In this document: positions 39,194 through 48,694 of the stretch, one piece after another | How positions within the stretch are numbered: the stretch's first letter is position 1 | Layout: each line of letters starts with the position of its first letter | Assembly: GCA_963702205.1 (NCBI GenBank) | Contig: OY969724.1 | Location: 1,728,001-1,792,000, forward strand | From: an uncultured candidate division Zixibacteria bacterium | GTDB taxonomy: Bacteria > Zixibacteria > MSB-5A5 > GN15 > PGXB01 | Length of the DNA: 64,000 bases | Reading direction: 5' to 3' | Notes under the pieces: generated by a model | The model's database searches: none | Told to the model about the DNA's origin: nothing | What the model saw: only the letters and a program-made list of their open reading frames with translations | Program-made: the position numbers and the translations under genes

Positions 39194-40852
39194 ATGGAAA
39201 AATCACGAACCCGCGAGCAGATTTTCGAGCAGATGCACCGCGAAATGCGCATCTGGAATCCTGAAGTTTCCGAATCGCCGGAGCGGCTCGATCCGATTTT
39301 GAAGATTATGCTCACCCTGTATGCGCATCAGCTGGAGCGTATCGATAAACGAATCGATGTCACCTGGGAGAATACGGTCGCGTCGCTCATCCGAGCCATG
39401 TGCCCGGAGAGCCGCCGCTGGCCCATCCCGGCTTATACCGTCATGCGCTGCAAGCCGCTCGATCCGGTTGTTGAAGTTGATCCTCATAGCCGGTTTTTCT
39501 ATAAAGAAAAACGCGAAGACGGACAAACATTCTTCTTTTCGGCCCTGCGCAAAGAGAAGCTGGTTGGGGCGGAAACCAAACACATGTTTCTGCTGGTCGA
39601 TCATGAGCTGGTCGATCTGTCACCGAAAGAACCGGTTGAAGGAGAAGGTTCATACATTGAACCTGTGAAGATTCCCGTCGGCACCCAGGCCCGGTTGTAC
39701 GTCGCCGTCGATTTCACCGGCAACCCGTCGGAATTCAGAGATTCGGTAGTGTTCTTAAACGGAATTCCCGATGCCGTGCGGCAGCTGCGCTGGGGCCATT
39801 GGTACCCCGGCACGAATTTCGGTGAATTTTATACCGACGTTTCTTTTTGCCCCGGTCTGGATTGCAATATCGACGATATTTTCTACAAGGACGGAAGACC
39901 GATCAACTGGGGCGGGATGCGTTCCACCGGCGACGTCTTTACTAATTTGAACGATAACCTGGTAGTGCTGCCGGAATCGTTCGCCTCCACCTGGGAGCTC
40001 GGCCCCCCCGATCAAAAACTGGTCGACAAGCTGGCCCAGAAGTCGATTGCCCTTGAAGAAGGCGACCGTTTTTACTGGATTCGCATCGATCTGCCCGCCG
40101 GGGGAGACCGGACCTCGCTGAGTGGGCTGACCGGTTTGTACTTCGACGCCTTTCTCGCGGTCAATAAGTACGAAATGAAATTGTTCAAGCATACCGGCGG
40201 CAACAGACTATTGGAAATCGAAATCCCCGAAGACGTCGATAACATTGTCGATATCGTCGAAGTCACCGACGCCCGGGGTAATGAATATATTCCGTCATAT
40301 GAAATCAGAACCAATCCGGATCAGCGGGTATATTCGATTGAAGAACAAAATGGACACCTGGTGCTCTGGTTTGATTTCTCGACCCGCCTGGAGCCGGTCC
40401 CGGATAACATAACGGTGGTTTATTCCACGACCGCCGGAACCGATGCCACCGGCATCGATCCCGGTTTGATTTGTGAGCTGTACGAAAGTCACCCCGGCAT
40501 CGTCTCGGCCGAAAATATTATGACTTCGGCCGGAGCCGTACCGGCCAAATCGGCCGAACAAATTACGCTCGAAGTTTCCAACCGTCTGCGCGGGCGCGAC
40601 CGGGCGATCAGCTTTCAGGACGTGGCCAACTGGGCGATGACCTATGATAGCCGGATCAAGAAAGCCGTCTGCCGCAGCGGCGTCAAGAAGGGTGCCTATG
40701 GGGTGCATCGGTGTATCAAAGTGGCGGTTACGGTCAACAAGGATGATTTCTACAGTGATGACGAACGGGGTTTATTAAAAAAGAGGCTGGAGGCGTTTCT
40801 GAAATCGCATTCGTCGGTCAATGCGCAGTACGACGTGGAGATGGTCGTCTGA
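39194..40852 (+). CDS. tssF: T6SS baseplate TssF-like protein
   Basis: DPILKIML...PAYTVMRCKP N-terminus; LRGRDRAIS..D...DSRIK gpJ/TssF-like C-terminus; ATG 39194 after the tssE stop. Confidence 0.8.
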   Translation: MEKSRTREQIFEQMHREMRIWNPEVSESPERLDPILKIMLTLYAHQLERIDKRIDVTWENTVASLIRAMCPESRRWPIPAYTVMRCKPLDPVVEVDPHSRFFYKEKREDGQTFFFSALRKEKLVGAETKHMFLLVDHELVDLSPKEPVEGEGSYIEPVKIPVGTQARLYVAVDFTGNPSEFRDSVVFLNGIPDAVRQLRWGHWYPGTNFGEFYTDVSFCPGLDCNIDDIFYKDGRPINWGGMRSTGDVFTNLNDNLVVLPESFASTWELGPPDQKLVDKLAQKSIALEEGDRFYWIRIDLPAGGDRTSLSGLTGLYFDAFLAVNKYEMKLFKHTGGNRLLEIEIPEDVDNIVDIVEVTDARGNEYIPSYEIRTNPDQRVYSIEEQNGHLVLWFDFSTRLEPVPDNITVVYSTTAGTDATGIDPGLICELYESHPGIVSAENIMTSAGAVPAKSAEQITLEVSNRLRGRDRAISFQDVANWAMTYDSRIKKAVCRSGVKKGAYGVHRCIKVAVTVNKDDFYSDDERGLLKKRLEAFLKSHSSVNAQYDVEMVV

Positions 40853-41772
40853 TGCCCGGTACCAAAGAAAAAATAATGCCGGATTTCTGTTCCCGGCGGC
40901 TTCCGTTCCATTATGTGACGGCCGTCAACCTGTTGATGAAAATGGGTGTCGACCCCTTCACGATACAGATCCGGGCCGAAGGTGAGTACGAAAACTACCG
41001 GGGGCAGGTGCACGGTCAGTCACCCGATCCGGGAGCGACGATCAGGCCCGATACGAAGATAACGCTGAACGCAGGATTCTCCAGCGCCGTCGATTTGTTT
41101 CCGTACCAGTTTTTCTATGGCTTCAAGGGTATTACCGATCGCGGCGGCGACGGCTGGGAAAATCAAGCCCGGGAATTTATGGCGCCTTTTGACGGGGCGG
41201 TCGTGAAGTACGAGGCGCTGGCTCATTATCTGACGCTCAAGTACAAATTCGGAGTCGCCGACCGTGCCCAGATTCTTGGTTTTCTCGGTCTGTTCGGTTT
41301 TGCACCGCCCGACGCCAAAACCATTCCTCTGGACGAATTGATGGTCTGGGTCGGCCTGATGCCGGCGTTCAATTTCTGGTCCGGTAATGCCGAACTGGTT
41401 GGACGCATAATCGGCCTGATTTTCAAATGCGATGTTAGAATATTGGAGAATACGCCCAATACTTACGACGTGCCCGAAAATTTGCATTATAAGCTCGGCT
41501 CTGCCGGGGCGGCCCTCGGGCGCGATACTATTATAGGCAGCTCCTTTACGGAGTTCGATTCTGGCTGTGAAATTCATATAAGAGATATCCCCCGCGAGCA
41601 ATTGATGGAATTTTTGCCGGGGCGCCCGCTTCGTAAGAAGCTCGACTGGCTGTTGTCGTTTTGTCTACCGGGCAGCCTGATTCCGGTAATTCGTGTCTCG
41701 GGACGACGCGAAGAACTGAAATTGGGGGCCAAACAGGAAAAAACATTCCTGGGGTATGCGTCGTATTTATAG
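40852..41772 (+). CDS. tssG: T6SS baseplate TssG-like protein with PASTA-like N-terminal insert
   Basis: Coupled to tssF (TGATG); AREFMAPFD and LG...LG.DTIIG motifs; GQVHGQSPDPGATI PASTA-like stretch. Confidence 0.72.
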   Translation: MPGTKEKIMPDFCSRRLPFHYVTAVNLLMKMGVDPFTIQIRAEGEYENYRGQVHGQSPDPGATIRPDTKITLNAGFSSAVDLFPYQFFYGFKGITDRGGDGWENQAREFMAPFDGAVVKYEALAHYLTLKYKFGVADRAQILGFLGLFGFAPPDAKTIPLDELMVWVGLMPAFNFWSGNAELVGRIIGLIFKCDVRILENTPNTYDVPENLHYKLGSAGAALGRDTIIGSSFTEFDSGCEIHIRDIPREQLMEFLPGRPLRKKLDWLLSFCLPGSLIPVIRVSGRREELKLGAKQEKTFLGYASYL

Positions 41773-41812
41773 GCACTTATGTTAAATATAGACGGTAATA
41801 AATGTTATAGAC

Positions 41813-41841
41813 TTGACAAGGCAATTTGAGGGAATTAAATT
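41813..41841 (+). promoter_or_regulatory. Internal sigma70-like promoter upstream of tssK
   Basis: TTGACA-N17-TAAATT in an AT-rich gap. Confidence 0.55.
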
Positions 41842-41866
41842 CGATACCAAACACTGAGGCAACATA

Positions 41867-43316
41867 ATGAGTGACTTGCGGTTATATTCGGTGAACTGGC
41901 TCGACGGGATGCTGATCTCGCAAAAGCATCTTAAAGACCAGGAAGCCTATTTTGAAGAGCTCGTGCAATGGCACGCGCAGAGCATCTCCGACTGCTATGG
42001 TCTGGTGAAAAAGACCCATTCCGGTAAACCATCACTATCGTTGAATCTGTCGGTCAGCGGAAAACGACTCCGGGTTGAAGTGGTCCGCTGTCAGGCCATC
42101 ACGCCCGACGGTACCTATATAGAAATAAATGAATCCAACCAGGGGATGGCTGTCGCCGAAAGCACGTTTGCCGAGCCGTTCGTTCCTATTTATCTCGGTA
42201 TCGATAATTCCTCCAAAAAGCAGGTGGGCGACCCCGATCCCGGCGAAGACCTCCCGCGCAATCCATATCTTTTGAATAACTATGTAATTGGCATCGGCGA
42301 ACAGCCGAATTTGCCGGAGGGCCAGTTCATCCAGATCGCCGGAGTAGTCATTGAAGAAGGCAACGTCCGCTATGCCGAAAATTATTTCCCGCCGTGCGTG
42401 AGTATCGCCGCCGATGATCGTCTCGCACAGAAAGCAGCCGACTTCAAAAACAATCTCGAACATCTGCTGTCGCTGTCATCGCGGGCCTATAAAGCCGTGA
42501 CCGCGGGCGGCGCACTGTCAGGAGAGAAAACGGCACTGCAGGAGGCGTTCCGGGATACGGTATATCAGTTTGCGATCCGTCTGTCGTCGTCAATGGACGA
42601 CCTCGTCATCGGGCGCAACGCCCTGCACCCCCTTAATTTTATCATCGAATACAAAAAGATATTTCGTGTCATCACGACCATATTGAATTTGAAGCCGGGG
42701 CTTAAGGATTTTCTCAACGAAAAATTCTTCACTCGTCAAACCGAATCGAACGTCGATCGTTTCATCCAGAGCGTGGAAAGTTTTCTCGTTTCCGAATACG
42801 ATCATAAAAATATTGGCACCCACCTGGTCGCGATCGACGCCATACTGGGCACCCTGCGCGGATTGATGGGCTTTTTCGCCGAAAGCAAGACCGAAGACCT
42901 CGGCGAATACGCTACCCCGGAAGACAGCCTGACCTATCAGGGCCGGACCTACAAGATATTCACGCACAGCAGTAATCGTGTTGAGATGGTCGGTGAATTG
43001 TGCTATCTTATTATTGAAATGTCGGAGCCGCGTCCGGTGGCCGATACAGTCGGTACTGATTGCCAAGGATCGTTTTCAGGAAAATCAATGGCGCAATATG
43101 CAGGTTCGGCTGGGCATCAATGACTCCCGCGGTCTGGGCGAAACCGACCCGATCGAAGCCGACACGAAGACATTTAATAATAAAGTGGCACTGAGGCCGC
43201 AGGACATGCTGAGATCGTCCTCGGTCCGTAAGATAACTTTAATATTCCGGGGAGCCGGAGGCTCGAGCGCCTTCGAAAGCCTCGGCAAAATGGACTTAAT
43301 GATCTATTCCGTCTAA
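41867..43316 (+). pseudogene. tssK: T6SS baseplate TssK-like protein, frameshifted near 43052; real lesion or sequencing error
   Basis: VNWLDGMLISQKHL N-terminus, C.AITPDG, YFPPC; ...VADTV|VLIAKDRF joins after removing one G, giving 482 aa. Confidence 0.8.
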
Positions 43317-43338
43317 CGGGTGAAAGCAGCAGCACGAT

Positions 43339-44256
43339 ATGGAAACATATATCAAAGACCTATTTCGTTACATAGAGACTTACGAACAAAAATACGCTGA
43401 ATTCGACAGCGAGGCTTTTTTCCAGACGTATAACGGAATTTATGCCGTCTTTCATGCACTGCGGGAACAACGCGACCAGGCCGTTCAGGTCGATAATTAT
43501 TTTCTGAAGAAAATTAAGTCGGTGCCGATCAATTCTTCCGATCTGCGCCAGATTACGCTCCAGATACTGATTACATTCTTCGAGTCAGAGGCGGATACCG
43601 ACGGTCAGACCGACCAGTCGTATCATTATATACGGAGCCTGCGTTCGACGGGTCAGGACGTGCCGTTTTTCACCGATCAACTGGTCCCGATGATGTTCCG
43701 CGAAGGCGCTTTGAACCAGAACCTCGAACTGAACGGGTTTTTCCTCAATGAAATAGCCCGGTATCTGAATAAATTCGGACGCAATATTAATGCGAATATT
43801 TCACCCGAAGACTTCGACGGCCTTTCCGACCCACATAAATTTCTGGAATTGATACGTCGCCGCATAATAATGGGAAATGATCTGCTCAAGGATCACGGTT
43901 CGCTGGAATTTCACTTGCAGCGTATCAATGCGTTCGAGAAAATCAGCCGATCCGGCAAGCTGGCCGAATATTATCTTACCCATTGGGGCTATTTGCAGAG
44001 GTCATCATTCTGGTCCAGGGTTTTGGGTTTCTTCAAGGAAGCGCGTGGAAAGTTTGTTGGCGTGTTCTCCAACTGGCGCTATTTCCGGTTGGTCATGACC
44101 CAGCGCAAACCGGCTTATTTCCTGTATGCGCTGCTGATTTTGTTCTTCATATGGCTGGCCGTTTATGTGCCAATTGCATGGAATAATTACAACGACCAGA
44201 GGTATGAGCAATTTCAAAAACGGGCCGAAAACATCCGCAATACGGGCGGCAATTAA
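43339..44256 (+). CDS. Helical protein with a C-terminal TM anchor (TssL-like topology)
   Basis: Soluble N-domain, amphipathic FWSRVLGFF, TM PAYFLYALLILFFIWLAVYV; directly after tssK. Confidence 0.75.
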   Translation: METYIKDLFRYIETYEQKYAEFDSEAFFQTYNGIYAVFHALREQRDQAVQVDNYFLKKIKSVPINSSDLRQITLQILITFFESEADTDGQTDQSYHYIRSLRSTGQDVPFFTDQLVPMMFREGALNQNLELNGFFLNEIARYLNKFGRNINANISPEDFDGLSDPHKFLELIRRRIIMGNDLLKDHGSLEFHLQRINAFEKISRSGKLAEYYLTHWGYLQRSSFWSRVLGFFKEARGKFVGVFSNWRYFRLVMTQRKPAYFLYALLILFFIWLAVYVPIAWNNYNDQRYEQFQKRAENIRNTGGN

Positions 44257-44282
44257 ATGACGAAAGGCAGGCTTTAGAATAA

Positions 44283-46505
44283 GTGGGTTTCGCCAAGATT
44301 TTCAAAATATTTAAAAAGGGCGCCAAGGTAGCCTCCAAGCGCAAGGGTAAAGGCGGCGCCGCCGGACCGGCCAAATGGCCGAGCGGAACCAGAATCGGTA
44401 TTTACGGTCATCACAATTCCGGTAAGTCGGTTTATTTTACGGTCCTCAACGAAGATAGCAAAGTCTCCAGGGACCTTCAGATATCCGTAACCGATAACGC
44501 CACCTCGGCGGAATTCCTGGCCAATCGCCGCAACATCTGGGGATTGGGGACGTCCAATACCGAGGGTACGGTTGTCGATCAGCGCGGGGAACAGCTATTC
44601 CCCGAGCCGACCGAAGAAGACCGTATACTGCAGTTCAATGCCATTATCGACCGAAATAAAACACTTTCGATCGTAACCTATGATTATCCCGGTAAGGCGG
44701 TATCGATTTCCGAAACCAGCCCCGTTCACGATAAGGTGGCTGACTTCATGGTCGGATGCGACGGCCTCCTGTTTTTCTTCGATCCCAAAACGCTGGCTTC
44801 GGAATTGCAGTGCCAGTCGCACGTCGCGTCATTTGTCAATATGCTGGAAATGATCGCCCCGCTGGAGGGTCGTCTGCCGATACCGGTCGGTTTAGTTATA
44901 ACCAAGTCCGATATCCTCGATGGTTTTGCTGGCGAGGAAAAGGTTGTTCTGGTCAGCAATGAAAACGAGAGTTATTTTTCCGAAGATTTTGAGATATTTC
45001 TTGAAAAGGTTTTGACAAGCAATAACATTGCCGCCGATTCGGTATGGGCCGGCTCGGTTCGCAAGATTCTGGTTAAGCTCCGTGAATTCTTAAGAGTGGT
45101 GGTTGGCCGGACGCTTAATTTCCAGATATTTTTCACCAGCAATACCGGTGATTCACCGGAAAAAATCGGCTCCGACGTGGGCCGGTCGATATATCTGCCG
45201 CCCAAGCGAATTCGCCCGGTTGGCGTAAGAGCCCCGTTCTATTGGCTGTTGAGTGCAGTACTGCTGAATCGCCGTATAACGAGATTGCGTTCAATCTCGA
45301 AATACGTGGCCCTGATCAGTATTATTTGGGCTTTATTTTATTCGATTCCGTTTATGATGCATTTCTGGTATATCCTGCCGAAGGCGACCGGTGTCGAGGA
45401 CGCCGTACTGTCGCAGCATCAGGGCAGCATATATACCTTGGACAAGACCAAACTCAATGAGATAGACAAGGCCTATCGAAATTATCGCAATTCCAAACTG
45501 GTCAGACTGCTGTTCCGTGATTATCCGCTCGTGGCCAACAGCATAATCACAAAGTACCAAACCGCCAATGAAAGCAACGCCTTGAAAGAACTCGAATCCA
45601 CCATTACCCGCTTCGCGAATATGGTATCGGTCAGGTCCGGCTGGCCCAACGCCAAAGTCGGCGATACGGTCCTGATAGATAACGATGAAAAACGACAATT
45701 CATGGAATTCGGAACCGTCTTCGATGCTTTCGTACAATCAGCCGACAAAACCAGTGACCTGTTCCTGCGCAGCGAACGAATCCAGTGGTACTACAATAAA
45801 TTCCGCGACGTGCTGTTCGATCCTGACAATCCTGATTTGTGGGCGTTAATTAAAGACCGGATAAAACAGGATACGGAAAGCCGCACCATAAAATTAAGCG
45901 AAGCCGAGCGCCAGCTCCAGGCCGCCTTGTCCAAACAGGAAGTGGTCAAGAAAAATGTCGAAGTTTCGCGCGAGGCTGCCAATGAGCTGGATCAACTGGC
46001 CGGACAAATAAATGATAATACTGATCCGGAATATCGCTTAAAGGACGCGGTCACCAAACTGCGACGTCTAAAGGATAAACTGCTCGGCAATCCCGACAAG
46101 AAGGCCGACGTCCAGCGGATCGACAATTATCTCGATCAGGTTAACTGGTTCGCCAAAACCCGCTCGTATAAGGTCAACATTGTCAGCGTCCCGCCCGATC
46201 ATCACCTGCATATTACTGTGAAAAAGCCCGGACAGGAGCCGCAGTGGAAGGTCGGAAGTCAGTTATATCAAGGCGAGAGCTTTACTATCGACTGGAAAAT
46301 GGGGGATGATATCCTGATCGCGCTTGATGCCAAACATCTGGCCAGCGGCGATGAAACCTGGGGAAAACATCCCAAAGAACTAATTAAACTTGACAAAACC
46401 AGCGCTATTTTCGATCTAAAGGGGACAGTTACATTCAATTCGGGGTTGAAAGCGACTTTCGATCTGGATGTGGATTTGGCCAAGCACTTACCGGTGCTGC
46501 AATAG
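44283..46505 (+). CDS. TRAFAC-type P-loop GTPase domain plus TM plus large periplasmic domain (TssM-like layout)
   Basis: GHHNSGKS (G1), DYPG (G3), TKSD (G4); TM YVALISIIWALFYSIPF; helical then beta-rich C-terminus; GTG start. Confidence 0.8.
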   Translation: MGFAKIFKIFKKGAKVASKRKGKGGAAGPAKWPSGTRIGIYGHHNSGKSVYFTVLNEDSKVSRDLQISVTDNATSAEFLANRRNIWGLGTSNTEGTVVDQRGEQLFPEPTEEDRILQFNAIIDRNKTLSIVTYDYPGKAVSISETSPVHDKVADFMVGCDGLLFFFDPKTLASELQCQSHVASFVNMLEMIAPLEGRLPIPVGLVITKSDILDGFAGEEKVVLVSNENESYFSEDFEIFLEKVLTSNNIAADSVWAGSVRKILVKLREFLRVVVGRTLNFQIFFTSNTGDSPEKIGSDVGRSIYLPPKRIRPVGVRAPFYWLLSAVLLNRRITRLRSISKYVALISIIWALFYSIPFMMHFWYILPKATGVEDAVLSQHQGSIYTLDKTKLNEIDKAYRNYRNSKLVRLLFRDYPLVANSIITKYQTANESNALKELESTITRFANMVSVRSGWPNAKVGDTVLIDNDEKRQFMEFGTVFDAFVQSADKTSDLFLRSERIQWYYNKFRDVLFDPDNPDLWALIKDRIKQDTESRTIKLSEAERQLQAALSKQEVVKKNVEVSREAANELDQLAGQINDNTDPEYRLKDAVTKLRRLKDKLLGNPDKKADVQRIDNYLDQVNWFAKTRSYKVNIVSVPPDHHLHITVKKPGQEPQWKVGSQLYQGESFTIDWKMGDDILIALDAKHLASGDETWGKHPKELIKLDKTSAIFDLKGTVTFNSGLKATFDLDVDLAKHLPVLQ

Positions 46506-46529
46506 GATAAATATTTAAAGGAGTAAAGT

Positions 46530-47051
46530 ATGAAAACCGCCACAAAGTTATCGATTTTAGACATTTTCGCTATATTCGTGTCCCTGATAGCGACAACATC
46601 GGTTTTTGCAGCCGTCCAGCTGCCCGCCGGTGCGAAGGTCAAGGTGGAATTCGTTCAGGACGTTTCATCGAAATATGTCAAACCGGGCGATCTGGTTCCG
46701 ATCAAGCTGGTCGACAATATCGATGTCGGCGGCATAACTCTGGTGAAGACCGGAGCGGCCGGGTCCGCAAGGGTCGTTTCTGTTAAAAAGGCCGGAAAAC
46801 CCGGCAAGCCCGGTTCGGTGGAACTGCAACTTGTCGAGCTTTCTCCCGAAGGATCATATAAGTCACTGGACGGCTCCAGGATTCAGCTTGAAGCTGCCGA
46901 TGGCCCGATAATTGCCAATGGAAAAAGCAAGAAGACCATGTCATGGCTGCTCATATTCGGGCTTTTTATAAAGGGAACTGAAGGTGTTATCCCGGCCGGG
47001 CATATGGTAGATGCGACTGTCAAAAACGACGTCATGATTTCTGTCGAATAA
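46530..47051 (+). CDS. Exported protein with VirB10/TrbI-like beta domain
   Basis: Signal peptide; LPAGAKVKVEFVQDVSS..KPGD.V......V....LV..G..G.ARV..V.KAG; hydrophobic WLLIFGLFI; IPAG..VDATV end. Confidence 0.6.
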   Translation: MKTATKLSILDIFAIFVSLIATTSVFAAVQLPAGAKVKVEFVQDVSSKYVKPGDLVPIKLVDNIDVGGITLVKTGAAGSARVVSVKKAGKPGKPGSVELQLVELSPEGSYKSLDGSRIQLEAADGPIIANGKSKKTMSWLLIFGLFIKGTEGVIPAGHMVDATVKNDVMISVE

Positions 47052-47071
47052 GACGTTTCTTACAAAATTTC

Positions 47072-47101
47072 AGGCCGATCTTATCCGGATCGGCCTTTTT
47101 T
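47072..47101 (+). terminator. Intrinsic terminator ending the T6SS operon
   Basis: AGGCCGATC-loop-GATCGGCCT followed by a T run. Confidence 0.85.
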
Positions 47102-47216
47102 ATTGGAATTAATTGTTTTTGTTGATCCGGACCGGACCTGTCACAATATTGGACACTGCAAAAGGATGAAAATTTAGGGGAATATTGCCTATTAGATTTT
47201 TAGATAAGGATTTTTC

Positions 47217-48632
47217 TTGAAATATTTTACTTTCTCCAACAGCCGCTGGAGTATAATTGTCATTGCCGCTTGCACGGTGTTTATATGCTGTACGGCATAC
47301 GGACAATCGCAGCGTATGATGCATAGCCCGCAGAAAGCGGCCAAGCCGGTTTTTCGCAATCTGCCGGAACGGGTGGTTCTGACCGAAGGTGAGTCTTTCT
47401 TCCGGGAAATATCGGCACGGTACCGATTTCCTGATTCCCTGAGCCTTTCACTGGTGGACGGTTACGATATCGAAGATGCCTTAATCGACCTGGGCAAAGG
47501 GAAGGCATTTTTCTCTCTGACGGCCGATTATAATCTTGTCGACAGCACCATCTTCTATATTTTTTCCGTAAAGTACGGTCGCCACAGTGTTCTCGACACC
47601 ATGGTCGTCTCCGTCATAAATCGTCCGCTTGAAATCGTTTCAGTGATGCCCGACGTCTCATCGGAAATTCTCGTCGATGAAAAACCGATGCGCATAGAAT
47701 TCAATGAACCGCTCGACCGTATGTCCGTCGATAAAAGCGTATTAATAAATGATACCCGGGGCGAAGAATTCAGCTACTATTACGATTCCGAAGCAAATGC
47801 CCTGATTATAGATGCCGCTGATCGCCTGTTGCCCACTCAGGACACTATAACGATAACTTTATCGTCGGAATTACTGGACTTAGCGGGGCATCCGCTGATA
47901 AAATCTCAAAAACTGACTTTCATGACGGGGCCCGTCGTTTATCCCGGCGATGCCAATAATGACGGGATCGTGGATGAAAACGACGTTGTCTCGCTGGTGC
48001 GTTATTGGAACTGTAGCGGTCAGCAGCGGACATTTCCGCAGCCTTTGGTCTGGGCGGCTCAGCCGGCCCGAAGCTGGGACGACCCCAAAGCCGGGTATGC
48101 CGATGTCAACGGTGATGGTCAGGTCAACGGTGATGATGTCTGCGGCATCGTGGCTAATTGGGGCAGGATGTCCGGTAATGTAAACTTCAATTCGCTTTAT
48201 TCTTTGGAATCGCCGGATAAAATACTGGCGCAAACGGACCAGACGGTCCTGAGGGATATTTATACTTCGGTCATAAACTGCCCCGACGGCGGCGGTGAAT
48301 ATATCGTCGGTATTCTGAAATCGCTGCTGTTCGATAATCGGGATAACTTCCCCGATGAATACATGCTTTATCAGAACTATCCCAACCCCTTTAACCCGGA
48401 AACCATAATCGAATATTTCCTGCCCGAAGCATCGCAGTTAAATATTGCGGTCTACAATATAATCGGACAGAAGGTGTACGATCTGTATGATGGCTTTGCG
48501 CCGGAAGGTTTCGGGAGTGTTACCTGGCATGGCATAGACAATATTGGAAAGCCGGTGGCCAGCGGGATATATTTTTATCGTCTCGAAGCCGAGAATGCGG
48601 CCATTACCAAGAGAATGATCCTGATTCGATAG
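47217..48632 (+). CDS. Secreted Ig-like (Big_5) + dockerin-like + FlgD/T9SS-type C-terminal domain protein
   Basis: IEFNEPLD...LLDLAGHPL; PGDANNDGIVDEND/ADVNGDGQVNGDD; LYQNYPNPFNPET...VASGIYFYRL...KRMILIR; TTG start uncertain. Confidence 0.82.
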   Translation: MKYFTFSNSRWSIIVIAACTVFICCTAYGQSQRMMHSPQKAAKPVFRNLPERVVLTEGESFFREISARYRFPDSLSLSLVDGYDIEDALIDLGKGKAFFSLTADYNLVDSTIFYIFSVKYGRHSVLDTMVVSVINRPLEIVSVMPDVSSEILVDEKPMRIEFNEPLDRMSVDKSVLINDTRGEEFSYYYDSEANALIIDAADRLLPTQDTITITLSSELLDLAGHPLIKSQKLTFMTGPVVYPGDANNDGIVDENDVVSLVRYWNCSGQQRTFPQPLVWAAQPARSWDDPKAGYADVNGDGQVNGDDVCGIVANWGRMSGNVNFNSLYSLESPDKILAQTDQTVLRDIYTSVINCPDGGGEYIVGILKSLLFDNRDNFPDEYMLYQNYPNPFNPETIIEYFLPEASQLNIAVYNIIGQKVYDLYDGFAPEGFGSVTWHGIDNIGKPVASGIYFYRLEAENAAITKRMILIR

Positions 48633-48645
48633 CGCATTTTGCTGC

Positions 48646-48679
48646 AAAAAAAACGCCCGGCCGAAACCGGGCGTTTTTT
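48646..48679. terminator. Bidirectional intrinsic terminator
   Basis: A8-CGCCCGG-loop-CCGGGCG-T6 between convergent genes. Confidence 0.9.
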
Positions 48680-48694
48680 ATTCATTTGGCATTA

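Noticed and set aside
22669..47051. Prophage, tailocin or extracellular CIS
   Set aside because: No capsid, terminase, tape-measure or lysis genes seen; ClpV, TssK and membrane proteins point to a cell-anchored T6SS
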